Shown: positions 1 through 13,284 of the stretch, piece after piece
Layout: every line of letters starts with the position of its first letter
How positions within the stretch are numbered: the first letter of the stretch is position 1
Source of the DNA: Squalus acanthias
Lineage: Eukaryota
Reading direction: 5' to 3'
NCBI GenBank assembly: GCA_030390025.1
Contig: CM059431.1
Span: 94,800,001 to 94,864,000 of the forward strand
DNA: 64,000 bases
Program-made: the position numbers and the translations under genes
The notes under the pieces: generated by a model
Databases searched by the model: none
The model's input: the letters and a program-made list of their open reading frames with translations, nothing else
What the model was told of the DNA's origin: nothing

Positions 1-1683
1 GATTAGTCAAGCACGATTTACTTTTTGTAAATCCATGTTGACTTTGTCCGATTCTGTCATTGTTTTTCAAGTGCTCAGCTATTACATCCTTTATAATGGA
101 CTCTAGCATTTTCCCCACTACCGATGTCAGGCTTACCGGTCTGTAATTGCCCGCTTTCTCTCTACCACCTTTTTGAATAGTGGGGTAACAATCCATGGGT
201 ACAGTTCCAGATTCCATCGAATGTTGGAAGATGATCAGCAATGCATCTACTATTCCTAGGGCCACTTCCTTAAGTACCCTATGATGTAGATTATCAGGTC
301 CTGGGGATTTATCGGCCTTCAATTTCCCTAACACCATTTCCCTGCAAATACTGATTTCTTTCAGTTCCTCCCTTTCATCAGACTGTATGTTCTCCAACAT
401 CTCTGGGAGGTTATTTGTGTCCTCCTTTGTGAAGACAGAACCAAAATATGCATTTAATTGGTCTGCCATTTCTTTGTTCCCCATTATAACTTCCCCCGCT
501 TCTGACTGCAAGGGACCTACACTTGATTTCACTAATCTTTTTCTCTTCACATATCTATAAAAGCTCTTAGTCAGTTATTTTCCCTGCAAGCTTACTTTCA
601 TATTCTATTTTCCCCTTCTTAATTAATCCCTTTGTCCTCCTTTGTTGAATCCTAAACCGCTCCCAATCCTCAGGGTTACCGCTTTTTCTGGCCAATTTAT
701 ATGCCCTCTCCTTGGATCTTATGCTATCCCTAATTTCCCTTGTTAGCCACGGTTGAGTCACCCTTTTTGTTTTATTCTTATGCCACACTGGGATGAACAA
801 ATTCTGTAGTTCATCCATGCAGTCTTTGAATGTTTGCCATTGCCTATCCACCGTCAACCCCTTGAGTGACATTCCCCAATCAATCCTACCCAATTCGCGC
901 CTCATACCATCGTAGTTTCCTTTATTTAAATTCAGGACCCTAGTCTCTGATTCTACTACTTCACTCTCCGTCCTAATGAAGAATTCGATCATATTATGAT
1001 CACTCTGACCCAAGGGGCCTTGTACAACAAGATTGCTAATTAATCCTTTCTCGTTACATAATACCCAGTCTAAGATGGCCTGATCTCTGGTTGGTTCCTC
1101 GACATATTGTTCCAGAAAACCATCCCGTAAACATTCTAGGAATTCCTCCTCCACAGTATTTTTACTAATTTGGTTAGCCCAATCTATATGTAAATTAAAG
1201 TCACCCATGATGACTGCTGTGCCCTTACTGCATGATTCTCTAATTTCCCTTTTAATGCCGTCCCCAACCTCCGTATTACTGTTTGGAGGTCTATATACCA
1301 CTCCCACTAACGTTTTCTGCCCCTTGTTATTTCTCAGTTCTACCCATACAGATTCCGCATCATCAGAGCTAATATCCTTCCTTTCAATTGTGTTAATCCC
1401 CTCTTTAACCAGCAATGCTACCCCACCTCCCTTTCTTTTTTGCCTATCTTTCCTAAATATTGAATACCCCTGGATGTTGAGTTCCCAGCCTTGGCCACCC
1501 TGGAGCCATGTTTCTGTAATCCCAATCAAATCGTATTCATTTACCTCTATTTGCGCAGCTAATTCATCCACCTTGTTCCGAATGCTCCTTGCATTAAGAC
1601 ACAAAGCCTTCAGGCTTGTTTTTTTAATGCTCTCAGACCTATATGAATTATTATTTACTGTGACCATGTTTGATTTAAACCGT
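1..1683 (-). mobile_element. CR1-type LINE ORF2 5' part (APE endonuclease and linker); runs off window start
   Basis: ORF 567-1694: LCLNARSIRNK, GITETWL, GVVYRPP, IMGDFN, LDWVL, SDHNMI endonuclease motifs; degenerate RT-proximal sequence continues toward position 1. Confidence 0.9.
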
Positions 1684-3665
1684 TGATGAAACAAAAAAAG
1701 AGGGTGTATGATGCATGTCAGGTGAATTCATCAAGGGAGAACCAGACCAAATACGATAAGTTGAGAGGGGAAGTGAAGATGAAAATAAGATTGACAAAGA
1801 GAGAATATGAGAGGGAACCCAAAAGGGAACATAAAAGGGAACCCAAAAATCTTCTACCGGCATGTCAACAGTAAGCGGGTAGTAAGAGGCCTATTAGCGA
1901 CATAGAAGGTGTTATATGCTTAGAGGTGCAGGGCAAGGCTAGAACACTCAATGAGTACTTTGTATCGGTAGTTACTAAGGAGGTGGCGGCTGACAAAATA
2001 TCAGTAGCTGTGGAAGAGGTAGAAGCAATGAAAGGGTGAAAATTGATAGACCGGATGTACGAGAAACGCTGGGTATGCTTAGAGTGGACAAGTCGCCTGG
2101 CCCAGATGGCTTGCATCCCAGATTGCTAAGGGAATTGGGGGAGGAGATAGCGGAAGGGCTTGCCATAATTTTCCAATCTTCCCTAGATGCGGGGGAGGTG
2201 CCTGAGGATTGGAAAGTGACAAATGTGACACCATTGTTCAAGAAAGGGTGTAAGGACAATCCTAGTAACTACAAGCTGGTCAGTTTAGCATCAGTGGTGG
2301 GTAAAGTTTTCGAAACAATAATCAAGGAAAAAATTAAAGGGCACTTGGAGAGGTTTAAGCTAATTAAGGAGAGCCAACACGATTTGTAAAAGGTAGATCA
2401 TGTTTGACTAATTAATTGAATTTTTTGATGAAGTAACAGGGAGGATCGATGAAGGGATGTTGTCTACATGGATTTTAGGAAGGTGTTTGACAAAGTACCA
2501 CATAGAAGGCTGGTTAACAAAATTGAGGCTCACGGAATAGGTGGGTCTGTGGCAGCTTGGATAAGGAATTGGCTTAAGGACAGAAAACAGCGAGTTGTGG
2601 TAAATGGCTGTTTTTCAGACTGGAGGATGGTAGACAGTGTTGTTCCCCAAGGGTCAGTGCTGGGGCCACTGCTTTTTTTTGATGTATATAAATGACCTGG
2701 ATATTGGAATACAAAGTAGAATTTCTAAATTTGCCGATGACCCCAAACTTGGGGGTGTGGCAAACAGTGAGGATGATACCAATCGACTGCAACAGGACAT
2801 AGAAAGGCTAGCAGAATGGGCAGACAAGTGGCAGATGGAATTTAATACAGTGGCAGATGGAATTTAATACAGAGAAGTGTGAGGTGATGCATTTTGGCAG
2901 AAGGAACATGGAGAGGCAAAATACACTTAATGGCACAGTTTTAAAGAGTGTGCAGGGACAGAGGGACCTGGGAGTTAATGTGCATAGGTACCTGAAGGTG
3001 GCGGGACATATTGAGAGAGTGGTTAACAAAGCGTATGGGATCTTGGGCTTCATAAATAGAGGTATTGAGTACAAAAGTAGAGAAGTTATGCTGAACCTTT
3101 ATAAAGCGCTGGTTAGGCCACAATTGGAGTATTGCATCCAGTTCTGGTCACCACACTTTAGGAAGGATGTGAAGGCCCTTGAGAGGGTGCAGAGGAGATT
3201 TACCAGAATGGTTCCGGGGATGGGGGATCTTGGCTAAAAGGACAGGTTGGAGAAGCTGGATTTGTTTTCGTTAGAGCAAAGGAGGTTGAGGGGTGATTTG
3301 ATAGAGGTGTACAAGATTATGACGGGTTTGGATAGGCTAGACGGGGAAAGGCTGTTCCCACTTGTTGATGGTACAAGGACTAGGGGACACAGATTTAAGG
3401 TTTTGGGCAAGAGATATAGGGGGATGTGAGAAAAAACTTTTTTACGCAGCAAGTGGTGAGGACCTGGAACTCGCTGCCGACAGAAGTGGTGGAAGCGGAA
3501 ACGCTCAAGGTTTTCAAGGGGAGACTAGATAGGCACTTGAGGGAAATAAACTTGCAGGGCTACGGGGATAGAGTGGGGGAATGGGACTGACTGGATTGCT
3601 CTACAGAGAGCCGGCGTGGACTCGATGGGCTGAATGGCCTCCTTCTGTGCCGTTATGACTCTATA
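1684..3665 (+). mobile_element. 5'-truncated, frameshifted CR1-type LINE (RT and 3' UTR)
   Basis: KSPGPDGLHPR, DFRKVFDKVPH, VPQGSVLGP, KFADD, LVRPQLEYCIQFWSP in successive frames; ends in tatgactctat tail. Confidence 0.92.
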
Positions 3666-3673
3666 ACACTAAC

Positions 3674-4290
3674 CTAGATTTCCTGTTGTTGTTCCCGCGG
3701 TTGTGTTTTATTCGTAGGGGAAGGGATTTTCGGGCGAACTTTCACTTTTAATTCTGTGGCAACTATGGTTCCGTTTACGTATTCTGATACATGATAAGTA
3801 ACACACATTTCGTGGCATAGTTCTCCCTCCTTTTCATCCAGCATCCATTGATAAGGGGGGTAATTTTCTGCACCGTACACGAACGCAGGAGAAAGGCTGT
3901 AAACCGGGAATTCGGACAATTTTTCAGTGGGCCTGGTCGAGGGTTTACGCATCCATATAAACCCTCATACTCTTGGCACCATCGTGGCCAACATAACATG
4001 GTTTCTCCATTGTCTTCCGATTGAGTTGGGCTCCCATTATGTGTCCAAGGATCCCCTATCTGGTGATAACTAGTATTGTCACCCACCTTTGCCTGAATGA
4101 ACCATACACGTGGCTGATTCATAGTCCCACTCTTACACTTTATACATATTCCCCTCCCTTCTTGGACCGTGTATGTGGTTACCCGTACTATTCCTGAACA
4201 ACTTGTGTCGCACGTACCCTTGATGGATCAGAGGCTAACCTCCCGAGCGATACCTAGGGGCGGAGTTACAGGGGCAATGGTAATCTGACT
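3674..4290 (-). pseudogene. Relic of a related retroviral env N-terminal (Ig-like) region
   Basis: Frame open from 4227 through ORF 3775-4122 reads YTVQEGRGICIKC...VWF...NGETMLCWPRWCQEYEGLYGC, matching provirus env ISVTVGKRICLTC...WWW...NGQLRVCWDKWWEPDEGIYVC; the next frame has YHVS...VATELKVKVRP versus WHVS...NATELITRP. Confidence 0.75.
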
Positions 4291-4529
4291 GTCATAACTT
4301 GAATTGCTGGATGCTTCCCCTTGTGTTGCTGCTGCCCTTTCGAGATCCACCAGTCCTGGTCCCACTTCTACCTGAACCAACTAAAGCTTCCCATGCAGTC
4401 ATGGGCACATCTGCCCTACCGCACGCTTCATCTTGCCCCCCTCCTAGTTTTCATTTAAATGCAGCCTCTGCAAGCATGGGGTCACCTTCCATACTTCTGG
4501 TGAGCTGTGCTATCCAATGGCCTGTATGA

Positions 4530-4995
4530 TAAGTCGTGAATTTCTCCAGCTCAAAATTAACTCCGTGGGACTGTCCTTGCATGGTTCCCTTACTACTTTT
4601 CTGAATTCAGCCAGTGCATCTCCAGCAAGAGCTTCTCTTTCCATCCCTGTACCGTCCCCTCCCAGGCTCCTCCAAGGATCTATACTTGACTCCCTCCTCT
4701 TCCTTATCTGTATGCTACCCATCGTTATCATCCTTGGCATGGGGTCAGCTTTCAAATGTGTGCTGACGACACCTAGCTCCACTTCGCCACCACTTCTCAA
4801 CTGCCTCCATGTTGTCCAGCATCAAGACTTAGATGAGTTACAACTTCCTCCAGCTCAACGCAGGGAAGAATTAAGCTGTCGTTTTCTGTCATAAACTCTG
4901 CTTCCTTGCTGCTGGCTCCATCTTCCTCCACGGCCATACTCTCAGCTGAATCAGAACGTGCACTAACTTGGTATCCTGTTTGACCCTCAGCCAAG
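4530..4995 (+). mobile_element. Degenerate L2-like LINE RT fragment
   Basis: Remnants of QGSILDSLLF and ADDT motifs. Confidence 0.55.
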
Positions 4996-5014
4996 CTTTA
5001 AAGAAAGAGAAAGA

Positions 5015-5205
5015 ACGAACTTGCATTTATATAGCGCCATGACCTCAGGACATCCCAAAGCGCTTTACAGTCACTGACATACTTTCGAGGTGTTGTCACT
5101 GTTGTAATGTAGGAAATGTGGCAGCCAATTTGCGCACAGCAAGCTCCCACAAACAGCAATGTGATAATGACCAGATCATCTGGTTTTTAGTGATGTTGGT
5201 TGAGG
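5015..5205 (-). mobile_element. SINE 3' fragment (same family as 5822-6245)
   Basis: Shares acttgcatttatat...cacagcaagctcccacaaacagcaatg with 5822-6010. Confidence 0.7.
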
Positions 5206-5821
5206 ACTAAATTTTGTAGTTCCTCTAACTACAGTCTTCTATGCATGCTCTCCCATTCACCCCACCTTTTCATGGCAGAGCCTTTAGCCACGTTTGTCAT
5301 AATCTCTGGAACTTCCTCTTCAGAGCTGTCTGTGCCTCCACTGCTTAAAAACCTTCTCAAAACCCATCTCTAACTACGCTTTTGGTCACTCCTCCTAATC
5401 TTTCACTATCTGGCTCGGCCTGAGTTTTCCCTAACCCTATTTTTGGGAATTTCTTTACATTAAAGCCACAATATAAATGGAAGTTGTTGTTGCACTCACT
5501 GACACCCCCATTAGCTCCCCACCCTCCAACACATTGACTTAAAATTCAATGTGCTTATTTTCAAATCACACCATACCCTTGCTCCTCCATAACTCTGCAA
5601 TCCAACCCCACAATATCCTAACCCTGAATATCTGAACTGCTGTAATGTCATAGACCCCTAAGTGCAGTATGGAGAGAAGGCCATGCAAAGAGAGGAAGCT
5701 GAAGGGTCAAAACTTGCTGACAGCACGAGCAGCTGGTGGGGCCTTGCACGCAGCGGACAGCTTCCCAGAAATTCGCAGTGCACTATCTGCAATTTAAATC
5801 AGTTGATACAAAATCATAAAG

Positions 5822-6245
5822 TAAGACTTGCATTTATATGGTGCCTTTCATGACCACTGGACGTCCCAAAGTGCTTCACAGCCAATGAGGTACTTTTGAA
5901 GTGTAGTCACTGTTGTAATGTAGGAAACGCGACAGCCAATTTGTGCACAGCAAGCTCCCACAAACAGCAATGTCATAATGACTAGATAATCTGTTTTAGT
6001 GATGTTGATTGAGGGATAAATATTGGCCAGGACACCGGCAATAACTCCCCAACTCCTCTTCGAAATAGTGTCATAGGATCTTTTACGTCCACCTGAGAGA
6101 GCAGACAGGGCCTCGGTTTAACGTCTTATCCAAAAGACGGCACCTCCAACAGTGCAGCACTCCCTCAGCACTGCACTGGAGTGTCAGCCTAGATTTTTGT
6201 GCTCAAGTCCCTGGAGTGGGACTTGAACCCACAACCTTCTGACTG
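5822..6245 (-). mobile_element. tRNA-derived SINE with Deu-like central domain (SacSINE1/AmnSINE-like)
   Basis: Minus-strand B-box-like ggttcaagtccc head; central gacgttaaaccgaggccc segment recalled as typical of Deu SINEs. Confidence 0.65.
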
Positions 6246-8075
6246 TGGATTAACTACCAGGGCTGTGCAGTCGTAATTTTCTGATTGCATACTACCGGGA
6301 CGGAAGATCAGGAGCTGCACATCTTCGATTTCTCGATGTGCACTCCAGGCCAGTGATGTTCTGCACCAGGAGCTGCAATCAGATCATTTGCCCTGAAGCT
6401 TTTGGGAATGCTTTTTTTGTTGTCACCAGAGTCCAATCAGCATATTTAAAAAAGGACCCCACTGTCTTCTGGTGGATGTCCTGCTAAAGGGATTAGGTTT
6501 AATATCAGGACCCGCGGGAGGACAGCAGGATTAACTACCGTCGGGTGTGGGGTTAAAGTTCCCACCACGTCTTTCCCTTTTTACAATCTGATTTTTCTCC
6601 TTGCTTCTCAACCTGCTTCTCACAACCCCCAATCATATTTTCGGCTACTGATATCCATTTTATCCTTTTGAGTGTTTCCATAGAAGCAGAGATTTTTGTG
6701 ATCTGCAAAAAGTTTGCCTTCTACTTTATAGCTTTTGTGAGAGTTCTCTGCTCCTCCACACCTCAAGACAGCACAATATTGAGGGACCGCTGTCACTTGG
6801 TGAGTGTCCAACTCTTCAAATGGGAGCAAAACACACAGTTATTATTACACAATTTAATTATTATACCTGCATTTTTTTTCCTGCGCCACCAAAAAGAGAG
6901 TGATCAGGTAACAAAAGCAGAGCTGTTAATTGATATTTAAGATGTATATTCAATATTTGGACCTTTAAACATACTGCTGCCAAGTGTGTCAGGAAATTGG
7001 AGATTCCACTGACATTCCCAGCAGTCCCCGTGCACTCAGTGGGGGTCATTTTGAATTAGGGTTGCCAACTCTGGTTGGAGGCATTTTTGGAGCTTTGATC
7101 ACGTGAGATCCTGACCATGTGACTGCTGATCATGTGACATCAGATCACATGACTTCTACAAATGTTATTGCATTTACCTTGTAGAGGTTGGAGCCCCTGT
7201 AGTTATATATTTTTGCTCGTGATTTTGTGCCTGCAGCTGTTGTGTGAAAAGTTCTGAGAACCAGGAATCCAACCATGAGCAAGTGAATAGGGGAAACCAA
7301 GGGTGGGGGAAGAGGGGAATCCGAGGGTGGGGAAGAGGGAAAACTGAACATGGAGGAAGAGTCGAAACCAAGGTCGGGGAAGAGGGAAGACCAAAGGTGG
7401 GGGAGCGAGAGGTGGAAGGAACTTTGATTTCACCAGTAACTCACTGAAATTGCACTGATAGCTAATAGTAATACTGGTAACATTCAGACTCTCCTCATAA
7501 CCAACAGTAATACAATAACTCACTGTAATAGGTGTAACACTCCAATATCCTACCTGTAACTAGTAGTAATCCAATAACCTGCTGATATTTACCCTGAAAC
7601 CATAGCCAGAAATGCCCTGCACTGCAGTGTGTGTGATCAGGCTCCCCAGTCGGCCACTTTCTACAGGCCCATCTCTCTCCCCATCTCCTTGGACTCTGGT
7701 TCCATGTGAAGATGACAACTCTGAACTGGGAACCTCAATCAGAGCTGATCTGTACTTGGAATTCACACATCAAAACCGGCCAGTGCAGACCGACCTGAAC
7801 CAAACCGAGAGATCGCACATAGGACAGCGGGCTCAGTTTGGGGCACTTCTCACAATGCACACTGTCCTAAACTCAGCTGAGCACCAAGATTTCTAAACCA
7901 CCCCCTGGGCTTGCACTCAATAAAGCAGAGTTTTCATAGAATGAGGGAAATTACAGCTCAAGAGGAGGCCATTCGTCCCCCAGTGCTGACGCTCTCTCCT
8001 GTAACCCAATTCCTCCTGATCCTTTTCTGCTCCTCTTTTTCAAATAATTACCCCATACCGTTTATATAAAGTTTT

Positions 8076-8710
8076 TGGGGGGGGAAATTGAGTCACGCCC
8101 CTTTTGGGGCACTAACTTTGCCGGGGCGCTACTTTTAGCGCCCCGAAAAAATTATCACCCCCACCGCCGAAATTGAGTGGTAGGTGCCCCAAGAGGGAAG
8201 CGTCCTGCCTCCCTCTTGGGGCGCTGCGAGGGAATATCACGGCGCCACGTCATGCCGCGGTACTGCAGGCCTTCCTCCCCTTCTTAAAGGGGAGGGGACT
8301 TGTGCAGTGCGACCCGGGGTCCAGCTGGGCCACCAGGGATCGGAGCGCCGGCAAAAGAGGGGGCTGGGTCAGGAGGCCGGGGATGGCAGAGGGGGCAGGT
8401 GCTGGCAGGCGGCCAGCAACAAAAATGGCCGCCCGGCACCTCGCCTTTAATTAGCGCTGCCCCGGCCGCAGGTAAGCCCCCCCTGACCCCATCGGACATA
8501 GCGTCCGGCGGTAAGTCGGGGCGCTACCGAAGATCGCGAGCGGGACGCCGTGCACGGCGATGACGCTACCGGTTACCGCTGCCACGAACCTCCCGCTGAA
8601 TTTCACGGAAGGCGCTGGTGGCGCCGCGCCTGGGCGTTTGTTGCTTTGCGCAACGTTATCGCCCTATGAGGGCGCTAACGGGTGGCGCAAAACAACCAAA
8701 TTTTTCCCCC
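8076..8710 (+). mobile_element. GC-rich MITE-like repeat (putative non-autonomous Harbinger), copy 1
   Basis: gggggggaaatt...aaatttttccccc termini; homologous to 30246-30836 and 61615-62355. Confidence 0.65.
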
Positions 8711-8944
8711 TTAGTCTCTTCCTTAATAGCTACATGCAGTGAAGGCTCCCACGGTCTAGTAGCCGTCATTTCAAGAGCTTGCTCCTCCTTTCCCCCTGTT
8801 TCCTCCAGTGAGAATCCTTGATTCCCATTCCCTGGTTCCCCATTCGTCCACAAGTGGAAACAATCTTTCACTATTTACCCACAGTAAGGTCTCCAGGTTT
8901 CACTGGCTCCCCCTCCATTCCCCAGACCCCATTTCCCAGGCTCC

Positions 8945-9446
8945 ATCTCTCTCCCCGAGCCCTTATTCCTAAGTCTCCAGCTCTCCCCGAGCCCTCATTC
9001 CCGTTTCCAGCTCTCCCCGAGCCCCCATTCCTCAGTCTCCAACTCTCCCCGAGCCCCCATTCCTCAGTCTCCAACTCTCCCCGAGCCCCCATTCCTCAGT
9101 CTCCAACTCTCCCCGAGCCCTCATTCCTCAGTCTCCAACTCTCCCCGAGCCCTCATTCCTCAGTCTCCAGCTCTCCCCGAGCCCTCATTCCCGTCTCCAA
9201 CTCTCCCCGAGCCCCCATTCCTCAGTCTCCAACTGTCCCCGAGCCCTTATTCCCGTCTCCAACTCTCCCCGAGCCCTCATTCCTCAGTCTCCAACTCTCC
9301 CCGAGCCCTCATTCCTCAGTCTCCAACTCTCCCCGAGCCCTCATTCCCGTCTCCAACTCTCCCCGAGCCCCCATTCCTCAGACTCCAACTCTCCCGAGCC
9401 CCCATTCCTCAGTCTCCAACTCTCCCCGAGCACTCATTCCTCAGTC
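8945..9446 (+). repeat. Minisatellite with ~29-32 bp unit (ctctccccgagcccccattcctcagtctccaa)
   Basis: Directly visible tandem units. Confidence 0.9.
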
Positions 9447-10413
9447 TTGGGCTGTTCCCGAGACCCCAGGCTCCTCTCCGAGCCGGAATTCCCCATCTCT
9501 CTCTCCAACCACTCTCGAGTCCCCAGATTGCTGCAACCCCCACCACCACCCCCCGCGATTGCCCACACTCCGGTTGCCGAGGCGGGCTGCGGGAGACCTC
9601 TGCCGCAGTCTGTTCTCCGATCCACAGCACCTCCACCACACTGAAGGGATCTGACGGTCCTGGCAGTCATTTCAAATTAATCCCTCACCTTGGAAAAACC
9701 ATCGCAAAACGTCTACACTATATTGTTAATCAAATCATTTATTCAATGTGCTAACCAGGCAGTTGTATCGTTAGCTTGGTAAAAAGACATGCAGTTAAAT
9801 CTAGTTAATAATCAATAAGGCAGTTTGAATATGCTTTCAGCTCTGTAGTGTAATATAAGATGCCACACGCGCCTTTTTCGATCGTAAACCGGGCACACTC
9901 CGTCGTGCTAGCCCTTCCACAACCCAAGAGCCTGGGAGGGTGTCTTGATCGCCTTTATTGGGTTGAGTCCATGGAAACTTGAGAGAAAGGGGATACCTTC
10001 AAGGAGTTCCGTGACTTTCATCCATAGCTGATCCAACGTGGATCCACTTTGTTGAGCCCAGACCTCCGGTGCTTTACGCAGCACCACGCAAAATGGATCT
10101 GTCACTGTGACGTTACTCAGCACTCTGCCCCAGCATGTGGATTTCCCCTGGATGACATCTCTCTCCGGTACAGCATTATTGTCACCAAGTGGGGGGGGGG
10201 GGGGGGGCATCGGGGGGTCAGGTTGGTTTACCTGGGAATAGGACGTTATTGCATCGCCACCACCGCCAAACAGATGTTCAGTACAGGGAACCCAACCTTT
10301 ATGAGAAAATCATGTGATCAGATGTCATGTGATTGGGCATCACATAGTCAGGTGTCATGTGATCAGAATGATCAAACCTCCAGGCATGCCCCCAACCAGA
10401 GTTGGCAACCGTA

Positions 10414-11613
10414 TCCTGACTGTGCTCTGTGCCCTCCATACGAGCTCCTGACTGTGCTCTCTGCCGTCCATACTAGCTCCTGACTGTACTCTGGGCCCTG
10501 CATACCAGCTCCTGACTGTGCTCTGGGCCCTCCATACTAGCTCCTGACTGTGCTCTGGGCCCTCCATACTAGCTCCTGACTGTGCTCTGTGCCCTCCATA
10601 CTAGCTCCTGACTGCTCTGGGCCCTCCATACTAGCTCCTGACTATGCTCTGGGCCCTCCATACCAGCTCCTGACTGTGCTCAGGGCCCTCCATACCAGCT
10701 CCTGACTGTGCTCTGGGCCCTCTACACTAGCTCCTGACTGTGCTCTGGGCCCTCTACACTAGCTCCTGACTGTGCTCTGTGCCCTCCATACTAGCTCCTG
10801 ACTGCTCTGGGCCCTCCATACTAGCTCCTGACTATGCTCAGGGCCCTCCATACCAGCTCCTGACTGTGCTCAGGGCCCTCCATACCAGCTCCTGACTGTG
10901 CTCTGGGCCCTCCATACCAGCTCCTGACTGTGCTCTGGGCCCTCTACACTAGCTCCTGACTGTGCTCTGGGCCCTCTACACTAGCTCCTGACTGTGATCT
11001 GGGCCCTCCACACTAGCTCCTGACTGTGCTCTGGGCCCTCCACACTAGCTCCTGACTGTGCTCTGGGCCCTCTACACTAGCTCCTGACTGCTCTGGGCCC
11101 TCTACACTAGCTCCTGACTGCTCTGGGCCCTCTACACTAGCTCCTGACTGTGCTCTGGGCCCTCCACACTAGCTCTTGACTGTGCTCTGCGCCCTCCGTA
11201 CTAGCTCTTGACTGTGCTCTGGGCCTTCCATACTCGCTCCAGACTGTGCTCTGGGCCCTCCGTACTAGCTCTTGACTGTGCTCTGGGCCTTCCATACTCG
11301 CTCCTGACTGTGCTCTGGGCCCTCCATACTAGCTCCTGACTGTGCTCTGGGCCCTCCATACTAGCTCCTGACTGTGCTCTGGGCCCTCCATACTAGCTCC
11401 TGACTGTGCTCTGGGCCCTCCATACTCGCTCCTGACTGTGCTCTGGGCCCTCCATACTAGCTCCTGACTGTGCTCTGGACCCTCCATACTAGCTCCTGAC
11501 TGTGCTCTGGTCCCTCCATACTAGCTCCTGACTGTGCTCTTGGCTCTCTACACTAGCTCCTGACTGTGCTCTGGGCCCTCCATACTAGCTCCTGACTGTG
11601 CTCTGGGCCCTCC
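10414..11613 (+). repeat. 32-bp satellite (ctcctgactgtgctctgggccctccatactag), left part, interrupted by the provirus
   Basis: ~37 tandem units; the array resumes in register at 24274. Confidence 0.95.
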
Positions 11614-13272
11614 TGTAAGGGGGTTTCACGTGGCTTTGTGCTTAGCCTGGGTGCTAGTGCGGGGTTAGGCCTTGTTGCCTGTTCTGGTCTCCAGCCAGCC
11701 TGGTAACACTAGACACCTGTGAGTGGTTCGACCCACTCGCCCTTACGGTTCTGACACTGGACTTAGGTGCGAGAGCAATAATGCAGAGAAAACTCAGGTA
11801 GACCCGGTTGAATAGTGCGAAATGGAAAATCTTTATTGCATATTATTCAAGATTACGAAATACATGTCATAAGCACAGATTAATGACAGTACAAACTTAC
11901 ATACATTTATGCAACTAGGTTTAGGGAAACGAGGAGCGCACGACACATCGTAAAAGGGGACACACATTATAATTATCCTTAAAACATAAACCCTCCCCTA
12001 TCAATGCCTGTCCTAATCTAGATCTGTAGGATCGAGACTCATGCTCACCACTCGTGATAACTCGGAGAATTCCGAACCTCTGCTCGGATGTTTTCACCGC
12101 AGCACCTGACTATCCACGTGTTGATCAGGGGTCTCTGTACCCAACTTGTTTACTCGCTTCTGCTCCGGCTAGCAGGCTGGATCGTCTGCTGTCATGAAGA
12201 TCTGTGTTGACCTTGGACTCCAGATACAGTTCAAAGAAGAGTCTTACTGTGCCCGACACCAGTTGTCGGTAGAACTCGAAGAATAGTCTTCTCGGGCCAG
12301 TTGTGGAGTAGCCGATAGAATTCGAAAATGGTCCTTATATTTTGAGGCGCGGTCGGGGCTTACTGACCGCGGCGACACGTGTAGTCTTCTTCTCTTCTCA
12401 TCTCATCTCATCTCATCTCCTCCCGGGCCTTCGGATCCGACACCGTTTACCGACTCCTAGGGATGGTGCGCCCGCTTATCGGCCTTTGCAGTCCAGCTCT
12501 CCACAGATCTTCGCGGCAAGCCACGAGGTTGACTCCCGGAAAATCAGCGGATCAGAGAATGAGAGTCCAGAGCTCCAGTCGGTAGTAAAGAATAAGAGCA
12601 CGATGAACAGCCAGAGGATAAGAGAAAGATGGACGTTTGGACACTACAGTTTATAGTACTGTAATTCCTTATCTCCCGCCCAATCTTTAATGTTCATCTT
12701 TTGTCATGTTTTGGCGCTCAAACTTCTTGTATGGGGTGGTACTTGTCGTTAATGGGTTACGGTGATACTTGTAACTGTCTGAGTACCCGTTAATATTTTT
12801 CCCATTGTGGAACCGGCTAGTAGTCTCCCTGGAGGGGTTTTGGGGGCTTCCAAATGCTTGCTGTGAGTACCCGTGAACGGCTCTCTCATCGTAGAGCCGT
12901 GGGGATTTTGCATATCAATGTCTTTGGATGGGTCCTTGATCGCCCAGTACAATAGCCCTCGTTTGTACCTGGAAGACCGATTCCAGTATTTATGTTTAAA
13001 ATGCAAACCCATCGCGTCTTGTCATTATCTCAAATGTGCTGAGTCCTGTCCGATCTCGCTGAAATGTTTATTGAAACGCCATCTTGTCTGCCTACTGAAA
13101 GTCTAGAACCTTCTGCCACGAGGCGTGGCGGCCATTTTACAGGCTGCTTGTGTCCTTTTTGAAACATGACAGCTTTTTGAAACATGACAGCATTTTGCTG
13201 AAATAAAGCTGTTTATACGAACTTTATGTTTCCTTATTATTATAAAATCGCGATAATTTTGCGAATTCTACA
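11614..13272 (-). repeat. 3' LTR of provirus (1659 bp)
   Basis: Direct repeat of 22633-24273 with about a dozen substitutions by eye plus an 18-bp tandem duplication; minus-strand TATAAA at 12650-12655 and AATAAA at 11832-11837. Confidence 0.95.
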
Positions 13273-13284
13273 GTCCCTCCTGTT
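13273..13284 (-). other. Polypurine tract
   Basis: AACAGGAGGGAC immediately 5' of the 3' LTR on the minus strand. Confidence 0.65.

Larger units (their letters stand above)
7057..10413. mobile_element. Putative non-autonomous DNA transposon bounded by GGTTGCCAACTCTGGTTGG TIRs, carrying internal repeats
   Basis: tagggttgccaactctggttgg at 7057 and ccaaccagagttggcaaccgta ending near 10413, both with clustered subterminal tcacatg/catgtga motifs; the same terminus recurs near 27080-27097. Confidence 0.55.

Noticed and set aside
6620..7900. Possible host exons in unique-looking sequence
   Set aside because: No recognisable protein similarity and no consistent splice/frame chain
8818..9654. 278-aa Pro/Ser-rich ORF
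   Set aside because: Translation of a stop-poor minisatellite
10414..11613. 32-bp periodic array as a possible CRISPR
   Set aside because: Units are head-to-tail with no unique spacers, there are no cas genes, and the context is eukaryotic
12749..13012. 87-aa U3 ORF (also 23767-24030) as an accessory gene; contains RYKR/GLL
   Set aside because: Present twice only because the LTRs are duplicates; no recognisable domain or independent support
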